Positions 18,559 through 27,325 of a DNA stretch of 64,000 nt are shown one piece after another. This DNA is from Arcobacteraceae bacterium (GTDB lineage: Bacteria > Campylobacterota > Campylobacteria > Campylobacterales > Arcobacteraceae). Every line of letters begins with the position of its first letter. The first letter of the stretch is position 1. Made by a program: the position numbers and the translations under genes. The DNA lies in contig CBDCZH010000015.1 of NCBI GenBank assembly GCA_965224485.1, forward strand, positions 64,001-128,000, given 5' to 3'. Below the pieces are notes generated by a model, which was not told the origin of the DNA, did no database searches, and saw only the letters and a list, made by a program, of their open reading frames with translations.

Positions 18559-19446
18559 ATGAAAAAAACTATATTATTAATTTTAAGTGTTTTACTGTTT
18601 ACATCTTGTAGTAATAAAAATCTAGCTTTTAAAATAAAAGAAAAAAAAGAGCAGTATTATTCAAGTAAAAAAGCTTCAAGTATTACTATGAAAGAGCTTA
18701 TAGATGAAATATCGCCCTATCAAGTAATATTTGTAGGGGATCATCATAATAATAATTCAACACATAAGTTTTTTAATAAAGTTTTACAAAATTTAGCTAA
18801 AGAAGGATATAACTTACATTTAGCAAATGAATGGTTCTCTCCATCTCATAATGCACTCTTAGAGTCTTATACAAGTTCTAAGATTTCAAGTGTACAGCTT
18901 AAAGAAAAAAGACAATGGAAAAAATTCACAAAATATAAATGGGATATAGTATCTCCTTTATATGAAACTGTAAAAAAATCAAATGGTAGACTTTATGGTA
19001 TAAATATATTAAAAAGCTCTAGAGCTAAAATATCTTTAAAAGAAATAGATAAAATGTCTGAAGAAGAAAAAAAGTTTTTTAAATCTTTAGATTTAAATGT
19101 ATTTCCTCATAAAAATATGGTAGCACCCTACTTTAAACACTGTTCTAAAATGAAGAAAAAATCAAGTGAACCTTGCGAACAAAGAATGTATAGAGTTCAA
19201 GTTGCTTGGGATACATATATGGCAGAACAAAGTAATATTTTGGCAAAAAAAGTCTTAAAAAGTAAAAAAGATAAACTTATTGTTTTTGTAGGTGCCTTGC
19301 ATATCGAACAAGGTCTAGGAATACCACTTCGTTTTTCAAGATTAAATAACACTATTTTTACCTCAATTTCAAACTATAAGATTGAAGAAGACAAAGAAAT
19401 ACTTATACCTTTAAATAAAGCTGATATTTTATATCTTTATAAATAA
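18559..19446 (+). CDS. chaN: ChaN/PhuW family heme-binding lipoprotein
   Basis: Lipobox FTSC; VIFVGDHH, LANEWF, QVAWDTYMA, VGALH, GLGIP. Confidence 0.82.
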   Translation: MKKTILLILSVLLFTSCSNKNLAFKIKEKKEQYYSSKKASSITMKELIDEISPYQVIFVGDHHNNNSTHKFFNKVLQNLAKEGYNLHLANEWFSPSHNALLESYTSSKISSVQLKEKRQWKKFTKYKWDIVSPLYETVKKSNGRLYGINILKSSRAKISLKEIDKMSEEEKKFFKSLDLNVFPHKNMVAPYFKHCSKMKKKSSEPCEQRMYRVQVAWDTYMAEQSNILAKKVLKSKKDKLIVFVGALHIEQGLGIPLRFSRLNNTIFTSISNYKIEEDKEILIPLNKADILYLYK

Positions 19447-19467
19447 ATTAAAATAAATGAGTAAAAA

Positions 19468-22400
19468 TTGAAAACAATTATAAAATTAAGTTTAGAAAAC
19501 AGGTCTTTAAATCATTTATTCTTTTTATTTTTAATAATATTTGCATATTTTTCATATTCTAAAATTGCAAAAGAGATGTTTCCTCCTAATTCTCTTGATA
19601 GAGTTATAGTACAAGGTACTTATATTGGAGCTAGTCCTACTATTTTAGATAAATTAATAGTAAAAGATATAGAAAAGATTTTATTAGATAATCAAAACTT
19701 AGAAGATATTCATACCTTAATTTCAAGTGGAACATTTCATATAAATGCCCAAATTAAGGACTCATATAAAAAACAAAAAATTGTTAATAATATAAAAAAT
19801 AAAATTGAGAACTTAAAAAAAGATCTTCCATCTGATATGGATTTACCAACTGTTGACACAGTTGAAAGTTATTTTTCCTTACTTTATATTTCAATTTCTT
19901 CAAAAACTAATACAAATTATATTGAAGTAGCAAAACAATTACGAGATGAAATAAAGAAATTAAGAGATTTATATAGTGTAGAGTTAAATGAAAACTATGA
20001 AAATATTCTTCAAATAACTCTTAATCAAGAGAAAATAAAAGCATATAATGTTTCAGTATCAAAAACAATACAAGCTTTAAAAAGTTTATATTCTTTATAT
20101 CCAATTGGAAAAGTAAATACAAAAGATCAAAAATATTATCTAAATACACAAAATTCAAATATAAGCATAAAAAAGATTTTAAACTCTTTTATAAAAGTAG
20201 ATAATAGTTTAATTTTTATAAAAGATATAGCAAAAATAAAATATGCATATGAGGAAAGTAGTTTAATAAATAAAACAAATGCAAAACCTAGTGTTAGTAT
20301 TAATATTAAAAAAGATAAAAGTGGAGATAGTATAGAATTATCAAAACAAATAAGAAAAACTATAGCTCATTATCAAAGTACCTACAAAGATATTGAGTTT
20401 AAAGTTTTAAGTGATAGTTCTTTTTGGATAAAAACGAGACTAAATGTAATTTCTTCAAATATAATAATAGGATTAATTCTTCTATTTTTTGCTATTTGGA
20501 TTTTTATCTCTTTAAAAATAGCTCTTGTTGTAATCTTAGGAATTCCAGTTAGTTTTGCTTTTGGTTTAATTGGACTTGATTTTTTTGATGCTTCTTTAAA
20601 TACTTTATCTATGATAGGAGTTCTTTTAAGTTTAGGAATATTAGTTGATGAAGCCATTGTTGTAAGTGAGAATATACATAGGCATCAAAGTAATGGAAAA
20701 GATATTAAAACTGCATGTATTGACGGAACAAGTGAGGTAATGCCTATATTATTTGCATCAATGTTAACTAGTATTATCGCTTTTGCTCCTTTAACTATGT
20801 TATCAGGTGGATTAGGAATGTTTATTAAGATTATTCCTTTAATGGTGATTATTTTAATAATTAGCTCTTTTATTGAAAGTTTCTTATTTTTACCACTACA
20901 TTATAAAGATTTGAGTTTTAAAATATTTGAAAATAATAAAAATGATTTTAGAGAACGATTTTGGAATAAGATTACAAATAAATATAAACAATCTTTAGCT
21001 TTTTTTATAAAAAGAAAGTATATAAATGCTTTTTTATTAATATTTTTTATACTCTTTTTTACTGTCATTTTTGCAAAAAATGCCAAGTTTCAACTTTTTC
21101 CAGAATTTGATGCAATGAGTATAAACATAACAGGAAAAGTTAAAAACAACTCTTTAACTTATACAAATCAAAAAATAGCAAAACTTGAAAAACTATTATT
21201 AGAAAAACTAAAAAAAGAAAATATTGCTTCAATTTCTACAATAATAGGAATGAATAGTGATGGAAGATCAAAGCATGATAGAGGGGATAATTTATTTACC
21301 TTTACTCTGCACCTAAAGCAAAAGATTCCAGATGATTTTTTCAATAAATATATAAATCCAATTTTTATACCTCTAAAAGATGATTATAAAAATAGAACAA
21401 GAACAATCTTTGCTCAAGATATAAAAGCTAAGATTTATACTTTAGTAAAACAAAACAATATAGAAGATGATTTTATTGAGTTTAATATAAATATTCCCCA
21501 AACAGGAGTTGTTAAAAATGATATAGTTATTTCGGTTTCACATAAAAACAATAATAAAATTCAAGAAGTTATAAATTCAATCAAAAAGAATATGCAAGAT
21601 ATGGAATATATTAATAATATTAATGATGATATGAATTTTGATGAAATTAAAATTGATATAGATTTAAATACTTATGGTAGAAGCCTTGGTTTCACACAAA
21701 CAAGTCTTGTAAAAAAAGTAAGAAATCTTATTTCAAATAAAGACTTATCAAAAGTTATAAATACAAAATTAAATTTAATTCAATTACAAGTTGACTTTTT
21801 AAATAAAAAAGATATAAAAACTATAAAGAATTTAAGTTTAGAAGTTCCAAATTCTTCTAAAGTAATCTTTTTAAAAGACATAGCTAACTTATATTTTACT
21901 AAAGATGTTACAAATATAAAAAAAGATAATTTACGAAAAGTATTTACAATAACAGCTAATATAGAGAAAAAGCATCTAAGCTCAAGAGAATTTTTTGAAA
22001 AAATAAATCCTTTACTTGAAAATATAAAAAAAGATGGTGTTAAACTGCTTATAAAAGGAGAAGAAAAAACTAATAAACAAATACAAAAAGATATTTTATT
22101 ATCTTTTCTTGTTGCTTTAGGAGGAATACTTTTAGTTCTTACTTGGTTGTTCTCCTCACTATTTTTATCACTATTTGCCCTAAGTGTTATTCCTTTATCT
22201 ATTTTTGGAGTTTTAATAGGTCATAGTATAATGAATATAAACATTACTTTTTCTTCACTTTTAGGTTTTATTGGTTTAATTGGAATTGTAATAAATGATA
22301 CACTAATAATTTAAAATTTATAAGCAAGGCAAAAAACAAAGAAGAGTTACTGCAAAATGCTAGTATAAGGCTAAGACCCATATTATTAACTTCACTTACT

Positions 22401-22565
22401 ACAATCTTAGGTTTAAGTACTTTAATATTTTTTGCCTCAGGAGAGAGTTTATTAATGCAACCGCTTGCAATTTCTATTGGTTTTGGGTTAATATTTTCAA
22501 CTATTATTAACTTATATTATATTCCTTTATTATATAGTTTTAACAAAAGATTTAATATCAATTAA
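19468..22565 (+). pseudogene. RND efflux permease (AcrB/CzcA superfamily) with a 1-nt frameshift near the 3' end
   Basis: GILVDEAIVVSENI; the ORF stops at 22314 but the -1 frame 22311-22565 gives LKFISKAK...IRLRPILLTSLTT...MQPLAISIGFGL...IPLLY, the canonical RND C-terminus; real mutation or sequencing error. Confidence 0.85.
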
Positions 22566-22594
22566 GATAATTATTATCAATATTAGTATATAAT
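22561..22594 (+). promoter_or_regulatory. promoter containing a Fur box (22565-22579) for tonB-exbB-exbD
   Basis: AGATAATTATTATCA, 1 mismatch; TATAAT at 22589-22594. Confidence 0.8.
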
Positions 22595-22600
22595 ATTATT

Positions 22601-23317
22601 ATGTACAGTAAATTTACTTTAAGCTTATCTTTTATTATTATTTCATTTGTTCACTTTACAGTGATTAGCTCTTTTGTTCTGCAAAAAGAAGAGTTAGCTG
22701 TTGCAAGAAAAAGTACAATAATTCCTATTTCATTAAAGAAAGTTATTATTAAACAAAAAGAAATTAAGAAAGTAGAAAAAGTACTAGAAATAGTTAAAGA
22801 ATTTAAAAAAGTTAAGCTAATAAAAAAAGTAAAGATAGTTAAAAAAGCGATAAAAAAGATAATAAAAAAAGAAAAAATAGTTAAGTTAATAAAAAAACCA
22901 ATTAGAAAAAAAATATTTAAAAAAGAAATAAAAGAGCAAAAAAAACTTGTTCAAACTAATATAAAAAAATTACCTCAAATAAAAAGAGAAAAAATTATAA
23001 TTTCTCAAAATCAAAGAAATATTATCAAAAATGAATATTTATTAATGGTTAAAGAGCATATAGAAAAATATAAATATTATCCAAAAAGAGCAAAACGATT
23101 AAAACAAGAAGGAAAAGTTGAATTATCTTTTATCATAAATAAAAGTGGTCATATTTCAAAAATTAAACTTAGAGGAAAATGCCCTTATAAACGTTTAAAT
23201 AATGCTGCTATTGCTATTTTAGAAAAAATTGCTAAGTTTATACCAATTCCAAAAGAACTAGGTAAAACTAGCATAGAAGTTAATATACCTATTGAGTATT
23301 ATATTATAAATGTTTAG
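22601..23317 (+). CDS. tonB: energy transducer TonB
   Basis: N-terminal TM with SFVH (SxxH-like motif); C-terminal YPKRAKRLKQEGKVELSFIINKSG. Confidence 0.9.
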   Translation: MYSKFTLSLSFIIISFVHFTVISSFVLQKEELAVARKSTIIPISLKKVIIKQKEIKKVEKVLEIVKEFKKVKLIKKVKIVKKAIKKIIKKEKIVKLIKKPIRKKIFKKEIKEQKKLVQTNIKKLPQIKREKIIISQNQRNIIKNEYLLMVKEHIEKYKYYPKRAKRLKQEGKVELSFIINKSGHISKIKLRGKCPYKRLNNAAIAILEKIAKFIPIPKELGKTSIEVNIPIEYYIINV

Positions 23318-23326
23318 GAGAGTTAG

Positions 23327-23833
23327 ATGATAGAATTAGTTGATTACATAAATAGAGGTGGCATAATTGTTTATGTTTTACTTGCATTAAATATAATAGG
23401 ATTTACTATTATGTTATGGAAATTGTTTGTTTTTATATATGCTAAAAGAGAGTTGTCTTATTTTGTAGAAGAAATAGTTACTAAAATAAAACTATCAAAA
23501 AGTATTTACAATGAAAAACTTTTTCAAAATGTTATTCGTAAAAAAATCAATTCATTAGAAAGTGGATTAAATACTATTAAAATAATTGCTTCAATTTCTC
23601 CATTACTTGGTTTATTAGGAACAGTAATAGGAGTGCTTAACTCTTTTGACTCTATTTCTAAATCAGGCCTTGGAGATCCAAGTATCTTCTCAACAGGTAT
23701 TTCAATTGCTCTAATTACAACAGTTGCTGGTTTAATTGTATCAATTCCCCATTATATTGGATATAACTATTTTATTGGCTCATTAGATTATATTGAGCAC
23801 AGAATTGAAGAAGAAGTGATAGACTCTTTATGA
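23327..23833 (+). CDS. exbB: ExbB
   Basis: SPLLGLLGTVIG, GISIALITTVAGLIVSIP. Confidence 0.9.
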   Translation: MIELVDYINRGGIIVYVLLALNIIGFTIMLWKLFVFIYAKRELSYFVEEIVTKIKLSKSIYNEKLFQNVIRKKINSLESGLNTIKIIASISPLLGLLGTVIGVLNSFDSISKSGLGDPSIFSTGISIALITTVAGLIVSIPHYIGYNYFIGSLDYIEHRIEEEVIDSL

Positions 23834-24216
23834 GAAAAAGAGAGCTTTTAAGTCCTGATTTAACGCCTTTAATAGATGTAGTTTTTATTCTTTTAATATT
23901 TTTTATAGTTTCATCTGTATTTAAAAAAAATGAACTTGCTTTAGTTTTAAATCTTCCTAAATCCCAAGCCCAAGAAATAAAAATAAAACCAAAAGAAGTG
24001 ATAATTGAACTAAATGTGCAAAGTCTTGCGTTATACGGGAAAATAACAAATTTAAAAGATTTTGAAGAAGATATTATTAACATAAAGAATAAAGAAGATG
24101 TAGTTTTATTTAAAATTGATAAAGATGTAAAATATAATAAAGTTGTAAAAATTTTAGATATTTTACAAAAAAATAAGCTTTTTAATATCTCTTTAATAAC
24201 ACAAAAGAAAGAATAA
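23830..24216 (+). CDS. exbD: ExbD
   Basis: DLTPLIDVVFILLIFF, IDKDVKY. Confidence 0.9.
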   Translation: MRKRELLSPDLTPLIDVVFILLIFFIVSSVFKKNELALVLNLPKSQAQEIKIKPKEVIIELNVQSLALYGKITNLKDFEEDIINIKNKEDVVLFKIDKDVKYNKVVKILDILQKNKLFNISLITQKKE

Positions 24217-24226
24217 TATTTATTTA

Positions 24227-24276
24227 TAATAATAACTATCAGTATTAATAATATATTAAGAATTTCCTATTATACT
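24227..24276 (+). promoter_or_regulatory. Fur box (24227-24241) and promoter for the candidate sRNA
   Basis: TAATAATAACTATCA (2 mismatches), TTAAG 24256, TATACT 24271-24276; same layout as the promoter at 24441-24486. Confidence 0.55.
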
Positions 24277-24282
24277 TACACT

Positions 24283-24423
24283 GTTTTAACAACACTTATT
24301 ATTTAAGTTCCTGAATAATTTAATGTTACTGGCATTACATTAAATAACTGTTTTTAAATACTGCCATATTTAAAAGCTTAATATAATATTTAAAAAGAAA
24401 GGAAGCATATGCTTCCTTTTTTT
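24283..24423 (+). ncRNA. candidate Fur-regulated small RNA (~140 nt; ends approximate)
   Basis: Own promoter and terminator; no SD-led ORF; 9-bp hairpins at 24318-24345 and 24352-24375 carrying ACTGGCAT and ACTGCCAT. Confidence 0.5.
24392..24423 (+). terminator. intrinsic terminator
   Basis: AAAGGAAGCAT/ATGCTTCCTTT palindrome plus T run. Confidence 0.8.
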
Positions 24424-24440
24424 ATGTATTTTAATATTTA

Positions 24441-24506
24441 TGATAATAGTTATCACTATTAAAGAATCTTTAAGATTTATTATACTAGAATTAATAATCA
24501 TTATCA
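24441..24506 (+). promoter_or_regulatory. promoter flanked by two Fur boxes
   Basis: TGATAATAGTTATCA (24441), TATACT (24481), TAATAATCATTATCA (24492); 1 mismatch each. Confidence 0.8.
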
Positions 24507-24520
24507 CAATAGGAGTTAAG

Positions 24521-24589
24521 ATGTTATATTATGAACTTGTATTTGAAAATAAAAAAAAATTAATACAACCAACTGGTTGTACATGTTAA
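24521..24589 (+). CDS. 22-aa peptide ending in CxC (not in ORF track)
   Basis: Strong AGGAG SD at 24511; MLYYELVFENKKKLIQPTGCTC*; its stop overlaps the SD of the next gene. Confidence 0.6.
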   Translation: MLYYELVFENKKKLIQPTGCTC

Positions 24590-24599
24590 GGATTGTATT

Positions 24600-24932
24600 A
24601 TGAGTATTTTAGTTATAGGTGGAGATCAGATAAATTCAATAAGGTCAATGTTAACAAACCTTGGTGCACAAACTATTAATCACTGGGATGCTAGAAAAAA
24701 ATCTTCTGCTCCTAAGAAGAAAATCCCTCAGGATACTGATTGTATAGTAATGCTAACATCATTTTTAAATCATAATACTATGCTTAAGTATAAAACTCAA
24801 GCTAAAAAACAAAAAATTCCTTTTGTATGTGCTAAAAGATCAATATCTTGTGTATATGATGAATATGTAAAAATCATGGGAATAACAGATTGTACTCAGT
24901 GTTATGCTGATTGTGTTAAGAAAAACAAGTAA
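24600..24932 (+). CDS. DUF2325 domain protein with Cys-rich tail
   Basis: MSILVIGGD, HWDAR, LTSFLNHN, PFVCAKRS; tail CxxCxxxC. Confidence 0.8.
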   Translation: MSILVIGGDQINSIRSMLTNLGAQTINHWDARKKSSAPKKKIPQDTDCIVMLTSFLNHNTMLKYKTQAKKQKIPFVCAKRSISCVYDEYVKIMGITDCTQCYADCVKKNK

Positions 24933-24938
24933 ACTATT

Positions 24939-25709
24939 ATGAGTATAACTAGCTGTAATCAGGTGTTAATTGGTTTTATAAATAATGTAGAATCACTGCC
25001 TAAAGATTTTGATGAATTTAATTCAAAAATTAAATTAAGACAACTATTTTTAGCTTTAATTAATCCTTTTATTAAAGAATACTGTACATTTTCTTCTTAT
25101 GAAAGAAAAAAACTTAGCGCATTAAGCTTAGAAAAGATTTTTAAAGAAAAAATAAAAACACTAATGCCGATTTCATATGTTCTTACTTTTAGTCAAACTA
25201 AAAGTTTTACACTTGATATTGAATCTACAATTATAATTAATAACTATAAGAATAAAGAACAAAAGAGTATTGTATTTTATTATAAAAATCTAAACTCTTT
25301 AGCAAAACTAATCTCATTATGTTTTGTTAACAATAAAATGCAAGTGCAATTTGATATTAATTTATTATTTCATCAATTTGTTTTTAATAAAATAAAAAAC
25401 TTACATAAAAATAAAGAAGTAATTGATAGTGGAGATTCTATTTGCATTTTATCAAATACAGATATGCCATTAAAAATTTATACTTCTTGGAAAAGCATAG
25501 ATACAAAAAAACTAAATATTAGTCATGAACTCAATCATGCAATTGAGAGTATCAAACAAAGTGAGTTTAAAAAAATATATTTGGTTTACCCAAAAGCATT
25601 AAACTTTAAAAGACATGTACCAATAAAAGTCGAAGAACTTAAAGACGAAAATTATTATATAAAAGTAATACCTTATTCTCTTCGATCAACAATTAGAAAT
25701 TTAAAATAA
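24939..25709 (+). CDS. hypothetical protein
   Basis: 256-aa ORF co-oriented within the operon; no family recognised. Confidence 0.75.
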   Translation: MSITSCNQVLIGFINNVESLPKDFDEFNSKIKLRQLFLALINPFIKEYCTFSSYERKKLSALSLEKIFKEKIKTLMPISYVLTFSQTKSFTLDIESTIIINNYKNKEQKSIVFYYKNLNSLAKLISLCFVNNKMQVQFDINLLFHQFVFNKIKNLHKNKEVIDSGDSICILSNTDMPLKIYTSWKSIDTKKLNISHELNHAIESIKQSEFKKIYLVYPKALNFKRHVPIKVEELKDENYYIKVIPYSLRSTIRNLK

Positions 25710-25719
25710 AAGGACCATA

Positions 25720-26217
25720 ATGGCAAGCGCAATATTTTTTGCAAGCAGTACAGGAAACACAGAAGAAATAGCAAATGATATTTCAAGTGCATTAAACCAA
25801 ATAGAAACATATAATATTTGTGATACTAGTATAAGTGAAGTAAACAATTATGATAAAGTAATTTTTGGAATATCAACTTGGGGTGAAGGTGATTTACAAG
25901 ATGACTGGGAAGATATTTGGGATGAGTTTAAAGAACTAGATTTTACAAATAAAACAGTAGCTTTATTTGGTTTAGGAGATCAAGATTCTTATGGAGATGA
26001 GTTCGTAGATGCCTTAGGTATTATGTATGATTCTTTAAAAGAAAAAGGTGCAAATATTATTGGTTTTACATCAATAGATGGTTATGAGTTTGATGAGTCA
26101 AAAGCCCAAAGAGGTGATGAATTTGTAGGTCTAGTAATAGATGAAGATAATCAAGATGATTTAAGCGCACAAAGAGTAAAAGAATGGACAGAAAAAATAA
26201 AATTAGAAATATTATAA
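25720..26217 (+). CDS. fldA: long-chain flavodoxin
   Basis: SSTGNTE, STWGEGDLQDDW, FGLGDQ, GLVIDEDNQ. Confidence 0.95.
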   Translation: MASAIFFASSTGNTEEIANDISSALNQIETYNICDTSISEVNNYDKVIFGISTWGEGDLQDDWEDIWDEFKELDFTNKTVALFGLGDQDSYGDEFVDALGIMYDSLKEKGANIIGFTSIDGYEFDESKAQRGDEFVGLVIDEDNQDDLSAQRVKEWTEKIKLEIL

Positions 26218-26245
26218 TTTATCTTTTAAGCGTTTTTCCTCTTAG

Positions 26246-26280
26246 TATCAGTATATTTATTTTTTATAAATATGCTGATA
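26246..26280. terminator. hairpin between convergent fldA and fur
   Basis: TATCAGTATATTTAT-TTTTT-ATAAATATGCTGATA. Confidence 0.6.
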
Positions 26281-26344
26281 GTTTAAGTATTTTGATATTT
26301 GAAGCAAGTTCAAATATTCACTTATACCTAGAATAAGTATAAAC

Positions 26345-26788
26345 TTATTTGGCTTGGCAGGGTTTACAAATTCCATATAATTGCATAGAATGACTACTAA
26401 TTTTAAAAGCATTCTTTTTTGCAATTTTATCTTGTCTTTTTTCTATTTCATTATCTACAAATTCAACAATTTTTCCACATGCAGTACAAATTAAATGATC
26501 ATGGTGCTCTTTTGAATTTGATTCAAATTTTTTACCATCAGCTCCAAAAGTAATAGAAGTAATTAAATTAACTTCTTCTAAAAAGCTTAAAGCTCTATAT
26601 ACTGTTGCAATTCCAACATTAGAATCTGGGTATTTTATTTTGATTTCATTATATACATCTTCTGCACTTAAGTGACTAGTACTATTTATTAATACCAATA
26701 AAACAATCTCTCTTTGTTCTGTATATTTTAAACCTTTTTGTTTAACAATATTTTTTAACTCTTCTATGACTTTTTCATTATTTGACAT
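26345..26788 (-). CDS. fur: Fur family regulator, paralog 1
   Basis: GLKYTEQR, HLSAE, GIATVYRAL, HHDHLICTACGKIVEF, YGICKPC. Confidence 0.88.
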   Translation of the reverse strand: MSNNEKVIEELKNIVKQKGLKYTEQREIVLLVLINSTSHLSAEDVYNEIKIKYPDSNVGIATVYRALSFLEEVNLITSITFGADGKKFESNSKEHHDHLICTACGKIVEFVDNEIEKRQDKIAKKNAFKISSHSMQLYGICKPCQAK

Positions 26789-26878
26789 TATTTGTCCTTA
26801 AACACATTTAATTGTATATTCATATATTATAATAACTTATATTAAACTTTACAAAACTATAAATATAAGTTTTTTTTA

Positions 26879-27127
26879 TTATAAATCTTTAATTTCTTGT
26901 TTTGCTGAAGTGATATTTTTCTTACTTGAAGTTACTTTTTCTTTTTTATCATTCTTATACAAAAGGTGATGCCATAGAGCAAAGCCACAAAATGCAGCCC
27001 CTGCAGTAATATGTATCTTCTTTGATAATTTATTTTTCATAAACATTGAAGTTACAACAGTTGCACCTAATGTTGCAGTCATTGCTATTTTAGCAATTTC
27101 CTTTTTTGTTTCTAAGTCAACTTTCAT
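26879..27127 (-). CDS. small His-containing membrane protein
   Basis: Likely start MKVDL (27127); two hydrophobic helices, HITAG...LWHH. Confidence 0.7.
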   Translation of the reverse strand: MKVDLETKKEIAKIAMTATLGATVVTSMFMKNKLSKKIHITAGAAFCGFALWHHLLYKNDKKEKVTSSKKNITSAKQEIKDL

Positions 27128-27239
27128 TCCTTCTTTTCCTTCTTTTTTCTCTTCTTTGAATCGTTTTTTTTGTTCCAACAATTGTTTCATATGTCAATGC
27201 TGCTGTTAATAATGTAGCAAGTGGTAGTAAAATCGGCAT
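27117..27239 (-). CDS. 40-aa protein with hydrophobic N-terminus and Arg-rich tail (not in ORF track)
   Basis: AAAGGA SD; MPILLPLATLLTAALTYETIVGTKKTIQRREKRRKRRNES*; overlaps the next start. Confidence 0.6.
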   Translation of the reverse strand: MPILLPLATLLTAALTYETIVGTKKTIQRREKRRKRRNES

Positions 27240-27254
27240 TTAAATCCTTTATTT

Positions 27255-27314
27255 CAATAATAATTATCAATATTTTAACCTATTTTTCTTAAAATAGACT
27301 GATAATTATTATCA
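27255..27314 (-). promoter_or_regulatory. promoter with two Fur boxes (27255-27269, 27300-27314)
   Basis: 27300 is a perfect TGATAATTATTATCA; minus-strand TTAAG...TAAAAT lies between the boxes. Confidence 0.82.
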
Positions 27315-27325
27315 AATTAAAAGTT

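Noticed and set aside
24283..24423. CRISPR mini-array or CsrB-like RNA
   Set aside because: Only two 8-nt motif copies, no repeat-spacer periodicity, no cas genes, and the loops lack repeated GGA
27128..27190. N-terminal extension of the 103-aa ORF in the track
   Set aside because: Better explained by the overlapping SD-led 40-aa ORF and a start at 27127
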